Source: Octopus vulgaris (Eukaryota). Taken from it: a stretch of DNA of 64,000 nucleotides. The position numbers were made by a program, and so were the translations under genes. The notes under the pieces were generated by a model. That model saw only the letters and a program-made list of their open reading frames with translations. It did no database searches and had not been told where the DNA came from. The stretch lies in assembly GCA_951406725.2 (NCBI GenBank), contig OX597815.1, positions 3,782,001 to 3,846,000 on the forward strand, written 5' to 3'. The stretch's first letter is position 1. Each line of letters starts with the position of its first letter. Shown here in pieces: positions 53,486-64,000 of this stretch.

Positions 53486-54978
53486 TGCAGATGCACGCAC
53501 AGACACACAGACATTACAGACGGAGGCTGAACCTCATCTAGCAAGCTTATTACCGACAAAAGAGGAAGGGGGACTGATGGACAGTATCCTCAAAATAGAT
53601 TGACCCTTTTTTCCAATCTCCTTCCCCCTAACACAGCATCACCCCACCCCAACATTGGCTACTCTAGAGGAATGTAAGACATACGAAATCCCTAATTTGT
53701 CAATTAGAATCTGTCTCACTCAGATAAGGGGATATGTAAGAAATTGTCCGTAAGTGTATCAAAAGGGAAGGGGACACGCATGTGTGTGTTAGAATTTAAA
53801 GGAGCATCGCTGTATTAAGGGTAAGGGTTAGTGGGGTTACGATTAGCATTAAATTTAGGGTTGAGTTACTATTTTGGGTTTACGGGAAAATTTTGATGTG
53901 TTGAAGGGTCGTTGCCAAGAGCAACTAAGATGTGATGTTAGAAACTGATGGGTAAGGCGTAGCTGTGTGGTAAGATGCTCGCTTCCTAACCACATGGTTC
54001 CGAGTTCAATCTTGATGTGAAATCATGTGCCGAAACAAATCTTGTATCTTGGGAGGTTCGTTATGCTAATAATAGTAATAAACACTTGCACTGGTTTGGT
54101 AACACTTTTTTATTGATTAATTATTTAACTGGCTAATTGGTTGATTGATTTGATTGATCGATTGATCGAGATTTTGATTAATGTACTATTTAAGCAATCA
54201 ATCGGTTGTGTGTCAAAACCCTTTCGTCGCTAATTGCGACCTCCTCAGTGATATGCCCTCACTCTTCCAGGCCTGCCTTGAGTCTGTTTGAGAATCAGTT
54301 TTAAGTCTGTGTGTATGCATGCATGCATGCATATGCGGATGGTGCCCCAGCATGGCCTCAGTCAAAGATAAAAGATAAAAAGATGAAAGACTGTCTAGAG
54401 AAACATTTATGTATGTGCATGTGTGTGCGTAAGAGGCATGTGTGTCCTTATGCATGTACGAGTGTGAATGTGTGTGTGTGTGCGTGTGTGTGTGGTGCGC
54501 ATGCGCTGTGCTTAACTGGAAAGAGCTGTTAGAAAAGAGTGCAAAAGAGGACACGGGAAAAAGAACCAAAAAAGTTTGGAAATTCAGAGAGAAAATGAGA
54601 AAAGTAGTCAGGGTTAATTTCTAATTAATTTGAGAAAAATCGAAACTATCTCTCGACATTATCAAATTCTTCACTGGAATTGGTGAACGTAGAATTTCTG
54701 TTTTTGGCCTTCAACCCTTCCTGTGTAAGGTCAACTGTCGCTGGCCCCTAAAATGGCGATGAAATTAACTTTTACGGTTAAGGTTTCCACTTGGGGACTG
54801 CAACTGGATATTAATTTCAAATCAGCTTTTAATATCTAATCTATTTTCGTCTTTTCTTCACTTCTTTGCCGTGCGCACGCGAACGCACGCACACACACAC
54901 ACACACACACATATATATACAGTTATTTGTATATCATTATACGTGCATATATACATTATATATACATATGTATATATA

Positions 54979-55041
<63 letters not shown>

Positions 55042-55210
55042 GTATGTATATATATATATATGTATCTATATATATAGGATAAATGTAAAAAATACAAACT
55101 GGGACAAGAACGCAAAACATTTAGAAGACGATACAAAAAAACGGACGGGATATTCGAAGCCTTCGATCTTCAGTCAAAAACCGGATCATCTTCGCAATTT
55201 CGGCTGATTA

Positions 55211-55318
<108 letters not shown>

Positions 55319-55471
55319 ATATATATATGCACGTATTATGATATACAAATAACTGTATATACGTGTGTGTGTATATATACACGGAGAATTCACAAAAAAA
55401 ACAAAAGACGAAGACAAGTGGTGTAGACAATAAACAAATGTGTTAGTATAACGCTCGGGAAGTGAAAAAGT

Positions 55472-55507
55472 CTTTAACGTTTCGAGCCTACGCTCTTCTA
55501 CAGAAAG
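55472..55507 (-). ncRNA. Minimal HHR, family P3 (element ~55316-55550), A6U core
   Basis: CUUU-CUGUAGA-A-GAGC-GUAG-GCUC-GAAA-CG-UU-AAAG. Confidence 0.7.
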
Positions 55508-55699
55508 GAACACAGAAATAAACAGGGAGAGAAAATAAAGAATGTGTAGTGGGTAGGAAAAAGTAGAAAGTACAAAAAAATTTAGAAAGTATAAAAAAAA
55601 GTTACGAAAAGTTCAAAAGCTTCAAAAGCTTCAGACGTCGTGGTGTATTGGAGCGATTATATGTATATACATATATATATGTATACATATATATATATA

Positions 55700-55940
55700 T
55701 CTATATGTAAAACTGAGAATGTCTGTCTGTTTCCCTAAAACTTGAGAACTACACAACCAATTTCATTCAAATTTTACATATGCCTTACTTAGGTTCCGGG
55801 AAGTATCATCGGAAAAAAATGCTCAACTTCTTGCCTAGAGCGAGCCCATAGCAATATCATATCTTCTCCACTATTTCAGTATTACGTGTTAAAAGTGAAA
55901 CAAAAACATTTCTCTATTTTATGTCAGAAACTTTCACTTT
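55700..55940 (+). mobile_element. Helitron-like 5' end (3' end not found)
   Basis: TC start within (TA)n, GTCTGTCTGT, and AACCAATTTCATTCAAATTTTACA analogous to family H1. Confidence 0.5.
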
Positions 55941-56576
55941 AACAATAAAAATAATAATAACAATTGAATTATATGTAGTAAGTAATAATTAAAATCAAGC
56001 TAAAGTATAATATAATCGTAACATAACAAAAGTAAAAATAGCAATTGGTATAAAATTGCATCAATGACTTGAACTTGAATAAGTGGTTTCACATGAATTA
56101 AAAATAAAATTAGCGTGCAGAAATGGAATAGTCCAGATGGAGGTGTGTAATACCCTTTACCACGACTTTTACATTAGATTATCTGCTAATTAGCTAGCAT
56201 TAAGTATTTATATGAAGTTTGGCTGTATGTAACATCTGTTTTCTCGAACAGCCGCTCCTGTTGGTTTATTTCTTATACATAAAGGACTTCAACTGCTTAC
56301 TGCTTTCTGACTCATCGTAAGGTTTGTTGTTATTATTATTACTGTTTAACTATTGTTTTCACGTTTGTTGGTTCCTCGTAAAGGAAACATTGTTGTGTTG
56401 CATTTGTTAAATAATTGTAAACTGTAACCCTTCCCCTTTGGGAGAAGGAGCTTTGGTTATTGTTTAAAAATTGAATTTTGTCCCTGTTTGGGGAAATTGA
56501 CAATATTTTCACTCGATATACAATCAAACTAATTGTTTATTTATGCATATAACCTTGGTTTTATTCCATTCTAAAC

Positions 56577-56622
56577 AAAACTGTCCGACGAACGGGAACG
56601 TGAAACTCTGAGTAACAGTTTT
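56577..56622 (+). ncRNA. Minimal HHR, family P2, U4C core
   Basis: AAAACUGU-CCGACGA-ACG-GGAA-CGU-GAAA-CUCUGAG-UA-ACAGUUUU; perfect 8-bp stem I, GNRA-capped stem II. Confidence 0.85.
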
Positions 56623-56898
56623 TGTGATGATTTTGCTGCTTTTTGATAAAGTATATATATATATAGTTGAAACACTCCTGTCACAACCTGGGACCTTGAA
56701 GACTGCTTAATTGCAAGAAAGTATACTAGTCCCTTAATATTTGATATTCAATATTTCATCGATTCAATAAGACAATCAATACTTCATTTCATTTTACTAT
56801 ATATACTATTTACACTATATATTCTATAATCTACATTAATATTATAAAGAATATAAATAAAACATAAAAAACAGACAGAGTTGGAATTCCTTTGTATA

Positions 56899-56941
<43 letters not shown>

Positions 56942-57166
56942 CATCTAATATAGGATAAAATTTTTCGAAAATATTCTATCAATGGCCAGCATATTAAAAA
57001 ATACCTTTAAAGGTTAAATTTATAAACAACTTATAGACAAGGGCAAAAGAAAAAATTCTAATGTCAAATATGCCGAAAATAGACAAATTGTCAATAACCA
57101 TATAATTTATCACTATAAGCACGCGTCTCGAAGTAAGCCGACAGAAGTTTCTAAAAAATTCCGTTA

Positions 57167-57227
57167 TTATCGCATCGGTCCCAATTTCAGAGTTAATTCA
57201 TAAGAATTTTCTCCTCGTCAGCGATAA
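57167..57227 (-). ncRNA. Hammerhead fold with non-cleavable AUG triplet
   Basis: UUAUCG-CUGACGA-GGAG…CUCU-GAAA-UUGG-GA-CCGA-UG-CGAUAA; perfect 6-bp stem I; in a TA-flanked module ~56941-57405. Confidence 0.75.
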
Positions 57228-57459
57228 ATACGGTAAGAAATAAATGAAATACATACTTATACCCATGGGAGAAGCAAACACTAAGTCATGAGCACAATTA
57301 ACTACCCCAAATATATCCAAAATAGAAATTCTCCATTGACGATTTGTATATTTTCAGCATATTTGGCATTAGAATTTTTTTTCTTTTGCCCTCGTTTATA
57401 AGTTGTATATATATATATATATATATACAACTTATATATATATATATATATATATATAT

Positions 57460-57600
57460 GAAGGTCTTCTATCAGTTTCCGTCTACCGAATCCACTCGCA
57501 AAGCTTTGGTCGACCCAAGGGTATAGCAGAAGACACTTGGCTAAGGTGCCCGGAACCATGTGGTTGGGAAGCAAGGACCTTCCCACATGGCCACGCCTAC
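57460..57600 (-). mobile_element. SINE family B, 5' part
   Basis: CAGTTTCCGTCTACCGAATCCACTC. Confidence 0.8.
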
Positions 57601-58456
57601 GCTTATCTACCCACAAACGCATATCATCGCGAATTTTTTAAAACAAATGTTGCAGAATTTGACTTTCGTCTTCGTTGCCTTCGTTGTGTTGAGGAAAGCA
57701 TTCAACAGAATAAACGAGTGACCACAATAACCTCTACGCAGTTACTTGACAAGCTGAAAATAGTAGCTGAATCTCTCTGAAATTGCACTTTACTATCTTA
57801 AGCAAGGGATGTAACAGAATAGAGAGTGTTGCCATAACTATACAGAAGGTAAGAGTGGCACTGCTGGAACCATTTGGTTATTGGTTTGCTAGTTCAAACC
57901 TAACTTGGTGCTTAACAACAACAATGACAACAACGACAGCAGCAATTGCTAGAAAGACGACAAAGACAGGCAATAGGTCAGCACACCACACCGCACCGGT
58001 GTGGGGGGTCTCGGGTTGCAAAGCGGAGGATGTTTGTTCAGCTTCTATAGAAGGCATTGTTATTGGCTGAAGAGAGAGAGAGAGAGAGAGATGAGAGAGA
58101 GAAGGGTAAAGAGCGAAGGGAGGGAGAGTGTGTATAAGAGAGAGAAGGAGAGCGAGAGAGAGAGAGAAAGGGAGAGAGAAGGTAAACACTGATGAATTGT
58201 CACAGACACCGGTAACGCAAACATACGCACATATACATCGTGCGTAAATTAGAGAATGTACTTATATACATACACACACTACAAACATGCATACATACAC
58301 ACACACATATATGCATACATATATACATCTGTGTATATGCATATATATATATATATACATATATATACATCTATATATATACATACATATACACACACAC
58401 ACATATATACATATACATATATATATATACCTACATATATATATATACATACATAC

Positions 58457-58495
<39 letters not shown>

Positions 58496-58892
58496 GCATA
58501 TATATGTATATGTATGCTCGATAGCAGGTAAATATAGTGACACGCGAACATATACATATACATACATGGTAACATACTAACACACACACACACACACCGA
58601 CATATCACTGAAAATACATACATACATATATATGTGTGTGTGTGTATGTATATATAAATATAATGTAGTTTTCTGTGTATGTGGAACTGTGTGAATATAC
58701 ATCGGTGTACGCGTGTGTATGTATGTGAGCGTGGGTGTGCGTGTGTGTGTGTGTATGTGTGTGTGTGCGTGCGCGCGCGCGTGTAGTTGCATACTTTCTT
58801 GACATTCTGTTTACATATATACATAGGAAGAAGCTTTCATCCGCCTGGCCGTTTAGGTATACATTAATCCACCCACACACAAATATATAGAC

Positions 58893-58964
<72 letters not shown>

Positions 58965-59325
58965 GAGGTGTCTACACCAACGAAAATATGGTACTCAATA
59001 CAGGTGTTGGGTAAGATATATATATAATACGATAAAGTCTGTTAAAGGTAATACATCATTGCAAATTTTACACGGAGTTATAAATTAAGTAAACTTAAAA
59101 AAAGAACCTAAAAGAAGAAAATGATAAAACGAGTTTTTTCCTTACTTGAAGAAACGTTATATTAAAATAATATAATATAATATAAAATACTATTATATAC
59201 ACATAATTATGTATACCCGTATCTATGTAACAATAATTGAAATTCATAAAAAAAACAAAAGGCGAAGACAGGTGTATGGACAACAAGCAGGTGTATTAGT
59301 TTGACGCTCGGGAAAATGAGAAAGT

Positions 59326-59361
59326 CTTTTACGTTTCGAGCCTATGCTCTTCAACAGAAAG
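59326..59361 (-). ncRNA. Minimal HHR, family P3 (element ~59190-59400), A6U core
   Basis: CUUU-CUGUUGA-A-GAGC-AUAG-GCUC-GAAA-CG-UA-AAAG. Confidence 0.7.
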
Positions 59362-59574
59362 GAATACGAGGAAATAAACAGAGAGAGAATGAAAAAATAA
59401 CCTATCGTTTTTCCATACGTTCTGGCAAATTTAAATGTTTGATTACTGTTGCTTTTCGTCATCGGAAAACATCTCCTCCCTTTAAACTTGTGGTTCTCGA
59501 CCATTTTATGCCCATGAATTCCTTTGAGTCTTATTTTACTCGAGTGGTCCCCCCACCATAGTCATTTGATGCTT

Positions 59575-59750
59575 CAGAAAAAGCTTTTTGTAGATCCATA
59601 ACTAAATATTCTTTGGGAATTGTATTTAAAAAAACTGTTGAAATATTTTGTCTTTTGTAACAGTTTAACTACTTTATTGCACCTAAATTTTAAGAACACA
59701 ATCTTATATGGATCTGCAAGAGTCATTTGGACCCCGATTGAGAACCCCTG
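59575..59750 (-). mobile_element. hAT (Charlie-like) MITE fragment
   Basis: One terminus CAGGGGTTCTCAATCGGGGTCC; the other TIR is not recognisable. Confidence 0.45.
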
Positions 59751-59789
59751 CTGTAGACAATGTGCGTTCATTACACACGAGACTCCCCT

Positions 59790-60228
59790 ATTTTTTTACT
59801 ACCCACAAGGGGCTAAACACAGAGGGGACAAACAAGGACAAACAAACGGATTAAGTCGATTACATCGACCCCAGTGCGTAACTGGTACTTAATTTATCGA
59901 CCCCGAAAGGATGAAAGGCAAAGTCGACCTCGGCGGAATTTGAACTCACAACGTAACGGCAGATGAAATACCGGCGTGCTGACGTCTCTGCCAGCTTGCC
60001 GCTTTAATAATAATCCTTATTACTCTAGGCACAAGGCCAGAAATTTGGGGGAGGGGATAATCGATTACATCGACCTCAGTGCTTTACTGGTACTTAATTT
60101 ATCGACCCCTTAAAGGATGAAAGGCAAAGTCGACCCCGGCGGAATTGGAACTCACAACCTTGCGACAGGCGAAATACCACTAAGCATTTCGCCCGGCGTG
60201 CTAACGTTTCTGCCAGCTCCTCGCCGCC
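59790..60228 (-). mobile_element. Two adjacent SINE family A copies (59790-60003 and 60015-60228) with different tails
   Basis: Family head and central domain occur twice. Confidence 0.9.
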
Positions 60229-60369
60229 TTTGTGGATTTAATAATATTAACGTTAGTGATTGACATTCTTGATGTATGTTTTTCGTTTAACGCTTTCCGG
60301 TTGCTGAATTTCGTCCAGGGAAAGTTGCTTTAAAGACCTAAAGTGTTACAAAAAAAACACAGTATGGTG

Positions 60370-60785
60370 TAGGAGTGGTAAGTATGTGGTAAGTAGCTTG
60401 CTTACCAACCACATGATTCCGGGTTCAGTCCCACTGCGTGGCACCTTGGGCAAGTGTCTTCTACTATAGCCTCGGGCCGACCAAAGCCTTGTGAGTGGAT
60501 TTGGTAGACGGAAACTGAAAGAAGCCCGTCGTATATATGTATATATATATATATGCATGTGTGTGTATATGTTTGAGTGTCTGTGTTTGCCCTCCCCCCA
60601 AACATCGCTTGACAACCGATGCTGATGTGTTTACGTCCCCGTAACTCAGCGGTTCGGCAAAAGAGACCGATAGAATAAGTACCAGGCTTACAAAGAGTAA
60701 GTCCTGGGGTCGATTTGCTCGACTAAAAGATGGTGCTCCAGCATGGCCACAGTCAAATGACTGAAACAATTAAAGTGGTAAAAAG
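60370..60785 (+). mobile_element. SINE family B
   Basis: Full length. Confidence 0.9.
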
Positions 60786-61124
60786 AGAGTATACATCAAA
60801 ATCAGGCGAACGAGGACGGTAGATATTGGTACTTGGCTGTTGTTTCAGCTCCTCTCTCGGTCGATCCGAATATAGGATATCCAAAAAGAAGTTTCTCGCA
60901 AATTTTATTCACCTCTTATTTATTTAAGACCCCACGGTTCGGTAATAACACACACTCACTTAATTACTGCTGACGGGGTGTGGTAGTTCATTTTGCCAGT
61001 TTGAAAAGTACTGTATGAAAAGATGGCTTCCTAAGACATATCCACCATTTATTTGGACACCGATAAAGCATATTATATCAACATATGTTAAATAAAAAAA
61101 AAGAATGATAACAGAATGATAATA

Positions 61125-61530
61125 GGCGCAGGAGTGGCTGTGTGGTAAGTAGCTTGCTTACCAACCACATGGTTCCGGGTTCAGTCCCACTGCGTGGCAC
61201 CTTGGGCAAGTGTCTTCTGCTATAGCCTCGGGCCGACCAAAGCCTTGTGAGTGGATTTGGTAGACGGAGACTGAAAGAAGCCCGTCGTGTATATGTATAT
61301 ATATATATATGTATGTGTGTGTGTTTGTGTGTCTGTGTTTGTCCCCCCAACATTGTTTGACAACCGATGCTGGTGTGTTTATGTCCCCGTTACTTAGCGG
61401 TTCGGCAAAAGAGACCGATAGAATAAGTACTGGGCTTACAAAGAATAAGTCCCGGGGTCGAATCGCTCGACTAAAGGCGGTGCTCCAGCATGGTCGCAGT
61501 CAACTGACTGTAACAAGTAAAAGAGTAAAA
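61125..61530 (+). mobile_element. SINE family B with target-site duplication
   Basis: AAGAATGATAACAG at 61101-61114 and again at 61529-61542. Confidence 0.9.
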
Positions 61531-61931
61531 GAATGATAACAGTTTTTACAAAAGCATTGAAATGACAAGTCTTCATTCAACGTCAAACATTAAAGAAAAC
61601 GTTGAGGAGGTCGTTTCAACGGAATTTCCTCTGACAAATGTTGATACGACGAAAATGTTTACAGGGAGGTTTCGTATAACCGTCGATCACGTGATTTATC
61701 ATTCTTTATTAATTTTTCTGACCAGGTGGGAAAAAAAATGGACATCCTCGCTAAAACAATGGACGTAAACCTTTACACACACACAAACATCCAACCACAC
61801 CCCACAAACACACACATAGACACAAATACACGAATTTTAATGTTGATAATTTGGACATATAAAAATATCAGTACATGTATGTATGCATGTATGTACGTAT
61901 GTATGTATACATATACATACATACACATATA

Positions 61932-61992
<61 letters not shown>

Positions 61993-62002
61993 GTGTGTGT
62001 GT

Positions 62003-62230
62003 GGAGTCGCGTGGCTTAGTGGTTAGGGTGTCAGCATCATGATCGTAAGATTGTGGTTTCGATTCCTGGACCGGGCGACGCGTTATGTTCTTGAGCAAAA
62101 CACTTCATTTCACGTTGCTCCAGTCCACTCAGCTGGCAAAAATGAGTAACGCTGCGATGGACTGGCGTCCCGTCCAGCATAGAAACCGGGGAACCGGGCC
62201 CATGAGCCTGGCTTATCTTTAAAAGGGTAC
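62003..62230 (+). mobile_element. SINE family C
   Basis: GTGGCTTAGTGGTTAGG A box and TTTCGATTCC B box. Confidence 0.9.
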
Positions 62231-62257
62231 ATCTATTATATATATATATATATATAT

Positions 62258-62308
<51 letters not shown>

Positions 62309-62312
<4 letters not shown>

Positions 62313-62723
62313 TAAATGAAAGAATTGAGTCGAACGAAGATGTTAACAAAATTCCTTTATTCTCGACATATGTTTCGAAGACAACATGTTTTCATTCCAA
62401 AGGAATAAAGGGTGCATTATGCAATCTTCTCATCAGAAGATTGCATAATGAGAAGATTGCATAATGCACCCTTTATTCCTTTGGAATCAAAACATGTTCG
62501 AAACAATCGAAACATATGTCGAGAGTATAGGAATTTTGTTAACATCTTCGTTCGACTCCATTCTTTCATTTATTCATATACAACACACATTTTCTACACA
62601 TGAACCCGGAGTTTCTACTCTTGGACAGGTCGCTTCAACCGTGTTTCTGACGTGAATTTCCTACCCAGGTTTCGGTTAAACGAATTTTCCATGCTGACGA
62701 TAAACATAGGATAATTCATTCAC

Positions 62724-62727
<4 letters not shown>
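62309..62727. mobile_element. PLE family P6 module with head-to-head inverted pseudo-LTR (hairpin 62309-62580)
   Basis: 62309-62433 is the reverse complement of ~62448-62580; homologous to 21113-22307; (TA)n on both sides. Confidence 0.85.
62361..62440 (-). ncRNA. Type I hammerhead ribozyme, family P6
   Basis: UCUU-CUGAUGA-GAAGAUUGCAU…AUGUUGUCUUC-GAAA-CAUAUG-UC-GAGA. Confidence 0.9.
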
Positions 62728-62781
<54 letters not shown>

Positions 62782-63250
62782 CTTATATCTGCAGACATGC
62801 ATACATATATACTTACATGCACACATACACATACACTCATATTTATAACACACACACATATACACACACACACAAACAGACTCACACACACACACATATA
62901 CAAATCGGAAACCTTAGATGTCCTTCTATCATAAGTTTACTGTGGTCGCTGTCTATAAAGTCAGGGACGCCCAATGTTCATTTTGCAGCCCACATCTCCG
63001 AACTTGAAAATACTCGGGCGTGTGTGTTCGTGCGTGTGTGTATGTAGTGTGAATGGAAGCTAATGTCGGCCACGGAATCCTCTGTGGGTTCGCCTTTTGT
63101 TCGAGTCAATTAAACTGGCGATGATAAAGAGATTCTTTTTATCTTAGTAGGACAATGGAGCTGTAGTTTGAGACAAACTGTCTTGTTGACATTCGATTAC
63201 GCACTTCCTTCTGGGTTACGAGGCAGCTTTTGTTACAATGCATATTCATA

Positions 63251-63307
<57 letters not shown>

Positions 63308-63401
63308 ACATACTGACGCTCAAACATACGCACACTTGGATATATACACATTTACATGCCTACTTACAAACACACACTATCTCATGTACGTATATACATA
63401 A

Positions 63402-63509
<108 letters not shown>

Positions 63510-63685
63510 CATACATATATATATACATATATATATATACATACATATATATATATATATATATAATTACATATATATACACGCACAAATATTTCAATAT
63601 CTATGGAATATATGTATTATACATACTCATGCATAATAAAATATACATATGTTCACATACACGCATACAGAGGCACATAGGGAGT

Positions 63686-63717
<32 letters not shown>

Positions 63718-64000
63718 ACATACAAAAGTATATGTGTATGCACTTCGTTGTGTATATTTGAGTATATATGTGTGTGGATGTATATTTGAGTATGCTTCTT
63801 TCTTGTATGTGTATGTTCGTTTGTGTGTATCTGTGTGTATGTATGAATGTATGTATGTATGTATTTATGTATGTATGTATGTATGTATGCATGTGTGTGT
63901 GTGTGTGTAGGTGCGTATGTGTGTTTGTAATTCGCCCACAAACCCCAGACCCCCGTCTGTATGTATAGACAAATGTAGACAGCTCGGCAAGAGACAATAC

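Noticed and set aside
53815-53870. Interstitial telomeric repeat
   Set aside because: Only scattered degenerate TTAGGG-like words, not a tandem array.

Overview
This AT-rich eukaryotic window is saturated with microsatellites, and I could not support any host protein-coding gene in it. Almost all ORF-track entries are translations of (TA)n, (CA)n, (TACA)n, (GA)n or trinucleotide tracts. The repeat landscape resembles a coleoid cephalopod (Octopus-like) genome; this is an inference. Mobile DNA includes three tRNA-type SINE families, CR1, RTE, R4/Dong and L1/Tx1 LINE remnants, non-autonomous Helitrons, a GG-ended TIR element with an 8-bp TSD (Merlin-like), Tigger/mariner/hAT relics, and a 5'-truncated Penelope-like element (PLE) with an open GIY-YIG ORF. 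The main hidden signal is RNA structure. By eye I found 16 essentially complete and several partial minimal type I hammerhead ribozymes (HHRs) from roughly ten sequence families. Most lie in short pseudo-LTR-like modules embedded in or abutting (TA)n tracts, often as inverted duplications. Many carry a family-specific palindromic stem III, and core variants recur (CCGACGA, CUGUNGA). One 348-bp tandem unit is retrozyme-like. All folds and family assignments were made by eye and need computational and biochemical confirmation.
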